The position numbers were made by a program, and so were the translations under genes. A DNA stretch of 64,000 nt from Bacteroidota bacterium (lineage in GTDB: Bacteria > Bacteroidota > Bacteroidia > 2-12-FULL-35-15), in NCBI GenBank assembly GCA_947469885.1, contig CANIQT010000014.1, forward strand, positions 44,305-108,304, given 5' to 3'. This document shows positions 49,891 through 58,195 of this stretch, in pieces. Under the pieces are notes generated by a model. That model was given only the letters and a program-made list of their open reading frames with translations. It made no database searches and was not told where the DNA came from. Position 1 is the first letter of the stretch; each line of letters starts with the position of its first letter.

Positions 49891-50144
49891 TACTTTTTGT
49901 TCGCCTCAATAAATTCGGCCATGGTTCGGATGGATTGAAAAATTTTTTTACCGTCAGCAGGGTTGGCTATTTTAATACCGTAGTTTTTTTCTAAAAGCAC
50001 TATCAGCTCCAATGCATCAATCGAATCCAGTCCTAATCCATCTCCAAACAAAGAAGAATCGGAATCAATATCTTCCTTTTTTACTCCTTCCAGATTCAGT
50101 TGCAAAATAATTTCGCCTTTTAATTTGTCCATTAACTCGTCCAT
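49890..50144 (-). CDS. Acyl carrier protein
   Basis: 84 aa with the phosphopantetheine attachment motif LGLDSIDALE. Confidence 0.85.
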   Translation of the reverse strand: MDELMDKLKGEIILQLNLEGVKKEDIDSDSSLFGDGLGLDSIDALELIVLLEKNYGIKIANPADGKKIFQSIRTMAEFIEANKK

Positions 50145-50155
50145 AATTTTTATTT

Positions 50156-50794
50156 TTAGTAATTGTTTGTATATAATTTATTTAATTGTTCTTCATTGTT
50201 TTCGATGCAAAGCCCTTGTTTTGTTTTTTCAATGGTGCATAAAAATGCTTCGTATTTATTTTCATAAAAATCGACCCAACCTGCAATACAACATTTTGTT
50301 TTGTTAGTATTCAAAAGCGAGTTGGTATAATTGCACATAAAATCAGCATCAAATTTATTAAAAATAAAGAACGAATTTTCTCCTTTTATTTTATTTCGTA
50401 TTGCAATCTCTCCAATCAAGATATTTGGCAAGGTATAAACAAATACCGCCGGGCTGGGAAAATAGTTTTCTTTATTTGATATCGCTTTTTGATGCTCTGT
50501 ATCAATTTCCAACGATGAGGAGCAGTTGGAGGTGATAATAGCAATGTCTTCAGCAGTATATGTATCAGTTATTTTATTTGTTTTAAGTAATAATTCCGAA
50601 GTAAGAAAAGCCAATTTACACAAACTATCCATTTTGTAAAATTTAGGATAGCTCAACTGATAATGTGTGTAAACGGATTTTAAAAAATCAACCGAAGAAG
50701 CAGCCGAAGAATTCGTGAAATCAGCTTTATTGTTGATGCCCACGTTACCGTTTTTTACAGAACAAACAGCAGTTATATAATTGGTGGTGCTCAT
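50156..50794 (-). CDS. Hypothetical protein of the aryl-polyene-like cluster
   Basis: 212-aa ORF wedged between the ACP and KS genes. No motif recognised. Confidence 0.45.
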   Translation of the reverse strand: MSTTNYITAVCSVKNGNVGINNKADFTNSSAASSVDFLKSVYTHYQLSYPKFYKMDSLCKLAFLTSELLLKTNKITDTYTAEDIAIITSNCSSSLEIDTEHQKAISNKENYFPSPAVFVYTLPNILIGEIAIRNKIKGENSFFIFNKFDADFMCNYTNSLLNTNKTKCCIAGWVDFYENKYEAFLCTIEKTKQGLCIENNEEQLNKLYTNNY

Positions 50795-50802
50795 TTAATT
50801 TT

Positions 50803-51975
50803 TTAATTCTTTAAATTTTCTGCTTTTTGAAACAATACTGCAGCATTGCACCCTCCAAAGCCGGCTGCTGTTTTCAGGCAATTGTTTATTGTTGCTTGCC
50901 TTGTTTCTTTTATAATGTTGATGGGAGCAGCAACGCCTAGTTCAGTATAATTATATGTTCCGATTAGTTGATTTTGCTGCATGGAATGAATACCAATGAT
51001 TGATTCAATCAATCCGGCTGCTCCAAGTGTGTGTCCGAAATAACTTTTCAAACTGTTCATGGGCACCGCAGCAAGGTGTGCATCAGTAATAGCCAGCGAT
51101 TCCATATCATCATTAAAAATGGTGGCAGTGCCATGACCGGAAATGTAATCTATCTCTTCGGGTTTCATGTTCGATTCGCTGAGAGTTTTTTGTATTGCCA
51201 GCAACAATCCATCGCCTGTGCGAGATGGTCCCGAAATATGATTGGCATCGTTTGAACTTGCTCCACCTGCAACAGTTATTAGTTGTTGGTTGTCAGTTGT
51301 CAGTTGTTGGTTGTTAGTTAAAATTATTGTTCCGCATCCTTCGCCAAGTGAAATACCATCTCTGGCAGCATCATACGGTTTTGCTACCTGTGGGCTGATG
51401 GCTTTAAACGATTGAAATCCGGCTACCACAAAGTGTGTCATTATATCGGCACCTACCACCACTATGGTGTCGTACTTGTCTTCTTCAAGTAATCGCTTTG
51501 CAAGTATAATGGCTACCACTCCCGATATGCAGGCGTTGGAAATTACCAATGGTTGATTGGGGTTATTGAAATAACGTGCTACTACATTTGCTGCTTCCCA
51601 CAAATGAATTCTGTTCGTATCAAATTTTTCTCCTTCAGTTTTGTCGAGCAAATCTATATTTCCTTTGGTGGTGGAAACAATGAGAAGTGTTTTTTTGTTT
51701 TCTATATCAATTTTTTTATTTCTGCTGAGGGCATCGGTCACCGAAAGCAACATCATTTTTTCTAATCGGGTGTATTCCTGTTTTACATTTAGCTTCTCAA
51801 ATTCGGTGTTCAGTTTTTGAGTATCTATTACCGATACAAATAGAGGCTCTGCCGAAAGTGCTGAGTCTGCGTGCAGCAAAACTCCTGTCTGCATTTTTTT
51901 GAGTTGCTCAAAGTTTTCGTCACTCGTAAATCCAAGTGGCGAAACAATGTTATCGGATGCTACAAATACCTTCAT
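50803..51975 (-). CDS. Beta-ketoacyl-ACP synthase family protein
   Basis: 390 aa. Active-site Cys context ISNACISGVV, the GHGTAT His region and a GFGG tail. Confidence 0.85.
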   Translation of the reverse strand: MKVFVASDNIVSPLGFTSDENFEQLKKMQTGVLLHADSALSAEPLFVSVIDTQKLNTEFEKLNVKQEYTRLEKMMLLSVTDALSRNKKIDIENKKTLLIVSTTKGNIDLLDKTEGEKFDTNRIHLWEAANVVARYFNNPNQPLVISNACISGVVAIILAKRLLEEDKYDTIVVVGADIMTHFVVAGFQSFKAISPQVAKPYDAARDGISLGEGCGTIILTNNQQLTTDNQQLITVAGGASSNDANHISGPSRTGDGLLLAIQKTLSESNMKPEEIDYISGHGTATIFNDDMESLAITDAHLAAVPMNSLKSYFGHTLGAAGLIESIIGIHSMQQNQLIGTYNYTELGVAAPINIIKETRQATINNCLKTAAGFGGCNAAVLFQKAENLKN

Positions 51976-52419
51976 TTACAAAATACCATTTTTCTTTTTC
52001 CATTCTTCAAAAAAAGGTGGAATGGTGATACATAACTGGTGTTGTTTATTCACAAAAACTTGGGTGGATTGCCCGCTGGCTGCTAGTTCATTGTCCGACT
52101 GACGAAAAATAAGATATTGAAAAATGATTTTGGCTGCCGGAGAATCGACAAAGGTGGTGTCAATAAACACACTGTCGCCATACATTACTGTTTTTTTGTA
52201 ATCGACATTGATGTTGACAATAGGGGTTAAAAAGTCTAATTTATAAACATCCAAATAACTCAGCCCGAATTGTTTTCCGAAGGCTTCTCTGCCATCTTCA
52301 AAAAATTTGATATAGTGGCCGTGCCACACAATCCCCAATGCGTCCACTTCGCTAAAGCGAACATTGGTATGCGTACGGTTGGTAATTTGCTGAATACTGT
52401 CAGATTGGTTTTTGCTCAA
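51976..52419 (-). CDS. Acyl-CoA thioesterase, hotdog fold (YbgC/4HBT family)
   Basis: 147 aa. VRFSEVDALGIVWHGHY is the 4HBT catalytic region. First gene of the minus-strand cluster. Confidence 0.8.
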   Translation of the reverse strand: MSKNQSDSIQQITNRTHTNVRFSEVDALGIVWHGHYIKFFEDGREAFGKQFGLSYLDVYKLDFLTPIVNINVDYKKTVMYGDSVFIDTTFVDSPAAKIIFQYLIFRQSDNELAASGQSTQVFVNKQHQLCITIPPFFEEWKKKNGIL

Positions 52420-53156
52420 GGTTGTCCCCTTTTTTTTGGGAGCGCAAATTTATCAAAAATAAACAAACGGAACGTATTATTTAGTCTAAAGCCTAAAGCA
52501 CCAAGTTTAAAGTTTCAAGTTCAAAGTTGTACCACCAACTTTGGACTTTGGACTTTCTGACTTTTGACTTCTATTCAGTAATAATTTCTGCCCCGGGGTA
52601 TAGTCTTTTCCATACATCTAACGATGATAAACGGTTTATTACAACCACTGTTTTGTAATCAAGTCTTACTTTTATTTTTTTCAATAAATTTACTTGTTGT
52701 GCCGGAATTAATTTTTTAGCTCTCATGTTTTTTTGTTTTAGTCCTTTTAAAAAGGAGGTTTATATTTATACCACAAAAGTAGATGAAACGAACTAGGCAG
52801 GAGTTGCAAAATTTATGATATTTGTTATATAGTTTACTGATATATATCAGGTTGTTGTTATAGAATGGGCAAAGAAATTTGTAATCTTTACTCTATCTGT
52901 TTTCTCCTGTTGAGCGTAGCCTCTGGCTACGTTCTATTTAACAAGGCTTCCAGCCTTATTTACAACAGCACTAGTTCTATTGTTTTTCAAAACAATCATT
53001 ATTATTTTCAGTAAAGATATGGATTTATTTAATTGTTTTTGGAAGGATTGCAAGATGCCTAAAGGGATTTTAAAGTCGTTAGTTAAATAAACCTGCCTCC
53101 CCGATAAAATATCAGGAAGACAGGTTTTGTTAAACTAAAATAACCGGATGACATCA

Positions 53157-53325
53157 AAATCCTGTATTTTGAAACCTTACGCCTGTATTTTCAAATCAAA
53201 ATCCTGTATTTTGAAACCATACGCCTGTATTTTCAAATCAAAATCCTGTATTTTGAAACCATACGCCTGTATTTTCAAATCAAAATCCTGTATTTTGAAA
53301 CCCTGCCACCGGATTTTCATCTTGC
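53157..53325. repeat. Tandem repeat, 4 units of 42 bp (each an internal 21-bp duplication of CCTGTATTTT[G/C]AAA)
   Basis: CCTGTA occurrences at 53161, 53203, 53245 and 53287. The units are nearly identical. Confidence 0.85.
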
Positions 53326-53540
53326 GTCCCCTTTTTGGGGTTATTTAATCCTGATGTCTATTGTACCGCTTCTGCCTTGCAACACATCCTGAATGCTTAA
53401 TTCTTCCTGGAAATACATTTTCTGCCCGCTCGGGTAAGGACCCATTTCGGTGTTAGCAGCGTTTGTCGATTTTTCCCATTTAAAAGTAATCCGATTGTCA
53501 GACCTAGTAAGATTACTCCAATAACGTAACATTACCCCAC

Positions 53541-53578
53541 AAAAAAAGGCTGACTCAATTAAATGAGTCAGCCTTTTT
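53541..53578. terminator. Bidirectional rho-independent terminator downstream of the T9SS cargo gene
   Basis: Perfect 10-bp stem GGCTGACTCA-ttaaa-TGAGTCAGCC flanked by A7 and T6. Confidence 0.75.
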
Positions 53579-53595
53579 TGTAAAGTTCGTTTAAT

Positions 53596-54666
53596 TTATT
53601 GAACGATTAACTTAGTAGTACTGCGACCATCGTTTGTTTGAACACCAACAGTGTAAAAACCTTTTGCAAGAGTAGTAGTATTAATGTTAGCAAAATGACG
53701 ACCTGCAGAAAGAGAACCTTTGTTTTCTGACGAAATTAATTTGCCTGTTACATCATATACTCCAATAGTTACCGAAGTTTCAGAAGTTAATGAGAAAGTA
53801 ACTTGCGCATCAGCTGTTGTCGGGTTAGGATATACACTTAAACCAATGGTGTTTCCGTTTTCGTTAATACCAGTTGGCGATGTTCCGCGAATCATTACAT
53901 CATCAAAAGCAATCATGTTATCGTCAGACGAGTTGTGGTGGAATCCGATAAAAACGGTTTGCCATGCATAAGCATCTAACGCTACAGAAAATGGACGCAA
54001 TTGACAACGGTGAGAAACCGGAGCGGCTGTTCCTGCTGGGTCGATATAAGTACCATCAGCACCGTGAATAAATACTGCTGCACCAATTGGAGCAAAAGTA
54101 AAGTCAGCAAAAGTAGTGTCAGGGTCAGTAGCTGGTGTGCCAACCATTTCGCCTGCTCTGAACAGTTGGTGAGTAAAATAAGCACCATCGTTGCCTTGTG
54201 TAGAAAGCATTACTTCGTATCCATCTAAGTAACGAGGAGTTTGAAGCGAAGCTGATTTCCAGAACAACGTGTCGTGTGCGCCTAAAGCAACAGAAGGAGT
54301 AACCAACCAATTGTCTTCAGCGTTTCCATCGCCTAAGTTAGTCCAAGAGTTGCAACCAAGCACTGTATTGGTATCGGGTGCTGCCATAGTTCCATAAACA
54401 GTTTCGTAACGGTCAACCGGAGAAAATGGTTGAATAGGGAAATATCCCTGAGGACGAGTTCCGCCTGTAGAGGCATCAGCATGTCCGTCCAAATCGCACG
54501 AATACCACATGGTATCGGTTAAGTTTCCGGGTAAAATTGGAACGCTATCCAACTTGTTGTAAAAAGAGTTTAATTCGAAATCCTCAGATAAAAGGACAAC
54601 TTGTGCTTTTGAAGTAAGGTTAACAAACAAAAAAGAAGCAAGTACTAGTGTGTAAAGTTTTTTCAT
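53596..54666 (-). CDS. Secreted T9SS cargo protein (type-A C-terminal sorting domain), function unknown
   Basis: 356 aa. Signal peptide and a C-terminal LSVYPNPTTADAQVTF...GFYTVGVQTNDGRSTTKLIVQ CTD. Confidence 0.75.
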   Translation of the reverse strand: MKKLYTLVLASFLFVNLTSKAQVVLLSEDFELNSFYNKLDSVPILPGNLTDTMWYSCDLDGHADASTGGTRPQGYFPIQPFSPVDRYETVYGTMAAPDTNTVLGCNSWTNLGDGNAEDNWLVTPSVALGAHDTLFWKSASLQTPRYLDGYEVMLSTQGNDGAYFTHQLFRAGEMVGTPATDPDTTFADFTFAPIGAAVFIHGADGTYIDPAGTAAPVSHRCQLRPFSVALDAYAWQTVFIGFHHNSSDDNMIAFDDVMIRGTSPTGINENGNTIGLSVYPNPTTADAQVTFSLTSETSVTIGVYDVTGKLISSENKGSLSAGRHFANINTTTLAKGFYTVGVQTNDGRSTTKLIVQ

Positions 54667-54780
54667 TTTTTTTATTGATTTTAAGATTAATTAATTTTTG
54701 ATTGGCAAATTTAGTTATTTATTTTAAATGCAAAATTATTTTTGTGATGAATGGTTAATTACAGGGGTTAAACATGGGTT

Positions 54781-55746
54781 TTAAGCTTTCAACAATTCAG
54801 AAATAATGGCATCAACCGAAATTCCTTCGGCTTCGGCTTTGTAGTTTCTCACAATTCGGTGACGGAGGATGGCAGCTGCCACTGCTTTTACATCTTCAAT
54901 ATCGGGCGAATATTTTCCTTTTATCAATGAATGACATTTGGCACCAATAATAAGGTATTGCGAAGCGCGCGGTCCAGCCCCCCACGATAGGTATTTGTTT
55001 GCTATTTCGGCAGCATGCTCGGTGTTGGGTCTTGTTTTGGATGCCAGTTTTACTGCATATTCCAGCACATTATCGGTTACCGGTATTCTGCGAACGAGTT
55101 CTTGAAAATAAATTATTTCTTCGTTCGAAATTACTTTTCGCAATTCTACTTTTCGGTTAGATGTTGTGTTTTTTACCACTGTTATTTCATCCTGCAACGA
55201 AGGATAATCTAACCAAACGTTGAACATAAAACGGTCTAATTGTGCCTCTGGCAAAGGGTAAGTACCTTCTTGTTCAATCGGGTTTTGAGTAGCGAGTACA
55301 AAAAACGGATTGCCCAATTCGTATCTTTTGCCACCTGTGGTTACACTGCGCTCTTGCATGGCTTCCAGCAGTGCTGCTTGTGTTTTGGGTGGAGTTCGGT
55401 TTATCTCATCAGCCAAAATAATGTTGGCAAACAAGGGTCCTTTAATGAATTTGAAATTACGGTCTTCGCCCAAAATTTCGGAACCAATAATGTCGGAGGG
55501 CATTAGGTCGGGAGTAAACTGAATACGGTTGTATGTTAGTCCCAACACATCGGCAATGGTGTTTACCAAAAGTGTTTTGGCTAATCCAGGAACACCGATA
55601 AGTAAACAATGACCTTTGCTGAAAATAGAAATGATGACATCTTTTACTACTTCATCTTGCCCGATAATTATTTTACCAATTTCGGCATTCAGCTCTTTGT
55701 ACTTAACTACAAAAGCATCTACGGCTTCTACATCTGATTTATACAT
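54781..55746 (-). CDS. MoxR-family AAA+ ATPase
   Basis: 321 aa. Walker A GVPGLAKT and Walker B ILADEINR. Length typical of MoxR. Confidence 0.9.
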   Translation of the reverse strand: MYKSDVEAVDAFVVKYKELNAEIGKIIIGQDEVVKDVIISIFSKGHCLLIGVPGLAKTLLVNTIADVLGLTYNRIQFTPDLMPSDIIGSEILGEDRNFKFIKGPLFANIILADEINRTPPKTQAALLEAMQERSVTTGGKRYELGNPFFVLATQNPIEQEGTYPLPEAQLDRFMFNVWLDYPSLQDEITVVKNTTSNRKVELRKVISNEEIIYFQELVRRIPVTDNVLEYAVKLASKTRPNTEHAAEIANKYLSWGAGPRASQYLIIGAKCHSLIKGKYSPDIEDVKAVAAAILRHRIVRNYKAEAEGISVDAIISELLKA

Positions 55747-55777
55747 ATCTGTTAAATTGTTTTATTACTATATTGTT

Positions 55778-57154
55778 TTATTGTTGAGTGGTGCTTACCC
55801 ATTTATTAGTGTAATCGCAGTTTTTATAATCATCGGTGATGTGAACATACGTACCAATTAATTTTTTCTTTATCCAAGATTGTATAGCTATCTCTTGTTT
55901 TTTTGCCAATGCAATGGATTGTATTTTTTGATAATCATCTGTTAGATTTGCCATGTGCGGGGCAGTTCGTGTTTTCAAATACAAAATACGATAAGCTTGT
56001 TTTCCATCTCTGGTGCTAAATGGAACGGGTTTGGTGTATTGCCCAATGGTTAATTTATCAATTGCAAATGCTACATTTTGGTCCATTTGCCCTAGTTCAT
56101 CCATCTGAAAACGACTGGCACCTGTTTGTGGATTGATAATTAGTCCTCCACTGTTTTTACTTTCTTCATCGTCCGAAAACTTTGCAGCAATATCGTTAAA
56201 GTTAGTAGTGTCAGACGCAAGTTTGGTGTAAATGGTATCGAGTGCAAGTTTTGCTTTTAATAAATCTTCGACTGCTACCTTAGGAGCAATTAGCAAACTG
56301 CGGGCATCCACTTCGTCTCCTCTGCGCTCTATGAGTTGAAGAATAAAATAACCATACATTGTTTCGAACACTTCGCTTATTTCTCCTTGTTTTATTTTAA
56401 ACGCCTGAGCATCCCATTCGGGCACAAACTGCCCACGTTGAATATGTTCGTACAACCCACCTTTGTTAGCCGAGCCAGGGTCTTCGGAATACAAAGCAGC
56501 CAAAGCTGCAAAACTAGCTTCCCCTTTCATAATCCGATCGCGAATGTTCGAAATTTTATCTTTTGCTTCTTTTTTTGCTTCTGGCGTTAAGGCCGGTTTT
56601 TTTACAATTTGACCTACTTCCACTTCAGCATTGATTAGTGGAATGGAGTCTTTAGGTATATTGTTGTAAAACGTTTTTACATCGTTTGGAGTTACATTAA
56701 TATCACCCGTAATTTTACTTTGCATTTGCTGAGCCAATAATAAATCGCGCACATTGTCTCTTAAATCTTGTTTAAAATCGTCAACAGTTTTTCCGTAAAA
56801 AGCAGTAAACCGTTCTTCCGAGCCAAACTGAAGCAAGTAATAGTGCATTCTTCGGTCGAGTTCCTGATCCACCTGACCTTCAGTAACACTTAAACTGTCG
56901 TGTTGCGCCTGTGCAAGTAGCAATTTCTGATATAGCAGTTCTTCCAGCAGTTTGCAACGGGTGCCTTCTTTTACCGCTTCTTGTTGCGCCACCATTTGCT
57001 GGTAGTTCGATTCGAGTTCCGATTGTAACAACGGATTAGACCCCACCACGGCAATCACTCGGTCAATTATTTTTCCTTTATCCTGCGCCTGCAAGCTAAC
57101 AATTGACAATAGTGCACTACAAAAGAGTAGTAAATTATTTTTTAGATTTATCAT
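55778..57154 (-). CDS. Periplasmic chaperone/peptidyl-prolyl isomerase, SurA-like (parvulin domain)
   Basis: 458 aa. Signal peptide, SurA-N-like region and the parvulin domain (ASFAALAALYSED...GGL...GYFILQL). Confidence 0.8.
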   Translation of the reverse strand: MINLKNNLLLFCSALLSIVSLQAQDKGKIIDRVIAVVGSNPLLQSELESNYQQMVAQQEAVKEGTRCKLLEELLYQKLLLAQAQHDSLSVTEGQVDQELDRRMHYYLLQFGSEERFTAFYGKTVDDFKQDLRDNVRDLLLAQQMQSKITGDINVTPNDVKTFYNNIPKDSIPLINAEVEVGQIVKKPALTPEAKKEAKDKISNIRDRIMKGEASFAALAALYSEDPGSANKGGLYEHIQRGQFVPEWDAQAFKIKQGEISEVFETMYGYFILQLIERRGDEVDARSLLIAPKVAVEDLLKAKLALDTIYTKLASDTTNFNDIAAKFSDDEESKNSGGLIINPQTGASRFQMDELGQMDQNVAFAIDKLTIGQYTKPVPFSTRDGKQAYRILYLKTRTAPHMANLTDDYQKIQSIALAKKQEIAIQSWIKKKLIGTYVHITDDYKNCDYTNKWVSTTQQ

Positions 57155-58004
57155 TTATATAGATTTCAATTTTTTCATTATTTGCAGCATCATTATACAC
57201 GTCTTCTTTCATTTTCGAAATCAACTGCAATTTACGTTTGTTCAGAATAATATTTTTTATGTTTTCTTTTTCAAAATTCAAAGGAGAAGTACTGTTGCGT
57301 ATTTTAAATCCTTTGATGTTTAAAAAATAACTACTAGATGAATCTGATACTTCCACATATCTGTTATTCTGCAAAAATAGTTCTTTATTATAGGTTTGTA
57401 TAGGAATTTCTTTCAACAAATCATCAAACAACAACCATGAATTATCGTCCAAATAAAAATTCAAAGCAAACTGATGGCAATATCCTGCCAATTGTTCCCT
57501 GTCTTTCGGGTTGTCGGATTTGTAAAGTTGTTTTAGTTTATTAATATTAGGTGCTTTTTTATTTACTTTCACATAAATTACTTTTATGATATTATCTTTC
57601 AACTGAAAGTCGGATTGATTAGCGTTGTAATATTTTTCAATATCCTCGTTTTGCACCACGGTATCCAGTTTTTGTCGTACCAACTCATTTTCGTAAGCGT
57701 AAGTAATCAACGAACTGCGATACTCCTGCAATTGTTTCTCCACATTTTTTTGTTCTTCTGTCAGGTTGTTTTCGGCTTTTTGAATCACCAATGCTTCGTG
57801 TATCCAGTTATCAATAAATTTATTGAGCAAATCCAGGCTGTCTTTGGCAGGAGTATTTATAGGCACGATGTTTTTTATTTCATCCGCATATAAATAACTG
57901 TTTCCTGCTTTTGCAATCGCTACCCGTGAGACGTCCTTCGGGGCCGAATTGTTACAGCCTGCAAACAAATAAAATAGAAATATGTAAAATAACGGTTGTT
58001 TCAA
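57135..58004 (-). CDS. Hypothetical lipoprotein, possibly SurA-N-like chaperone domain
   Basis: 289 aa. Lipoprotein signal (LFAGCNN). Lies in an operon with the two PPIases. Confidence 0.45.
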   Translation of the reverse strand: MKQPLFYIFLFYLFAGCNNSAPKDVSRVAIAKAGNSYLYADEIKNIVPINTPAKDSLDLLNKFIDNWIHEALVIQKAENNLTEEQKNVEKQLQEYRSSLITYAYENELVRQKLDTVVQNEDIEKYYNANQSDFQLKDNIIKVIYVKVNKKAPNINKLKQLYKSDNPKDREQLAGYCHQFALNFYLDDNSWLLFDDLLKEIPIQTYNKELFLQNNRYVEVSDSSSSYFLNIKGFKIRNSTSPLNFEKENIKNIILNKRKLQLISKMKEDVYNDAANNEKIEIYINDKSKK

Positions 58005-58195
58005 GTGGTTGTAAATTTCGAATTATGAATACTAAATTTCGAATTTCGAAGTATGCTGTACACTTCAATATTCGTAATTCTGTGTTCGAAATTCATCATT
58101 TTTTCTCATTAATTTCTTAGGATTCTTTTCTTTAAAACTAAAAAAGTTTATGACACTTCCTGCCATAAACTTTTTCAGTAGACATCAATGAAATG

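Noticed and set aside
10756-53325. Possible CRISPR arrays at the four tandem-repeat loci
   Set aside because: Units abut directly with no unique spacers. Copies are degenerate rather than identical repeats separated by variable spacers. No cas genes are present anywhere in the window.
53341-53532. 63-aa minus-strand ORF between the terminator and array D
   Set aside because: No recognisable motif or start context. It lies downstream of a strong terminator. Probably noncoding, though a small gene cannot be excluded without expression data.
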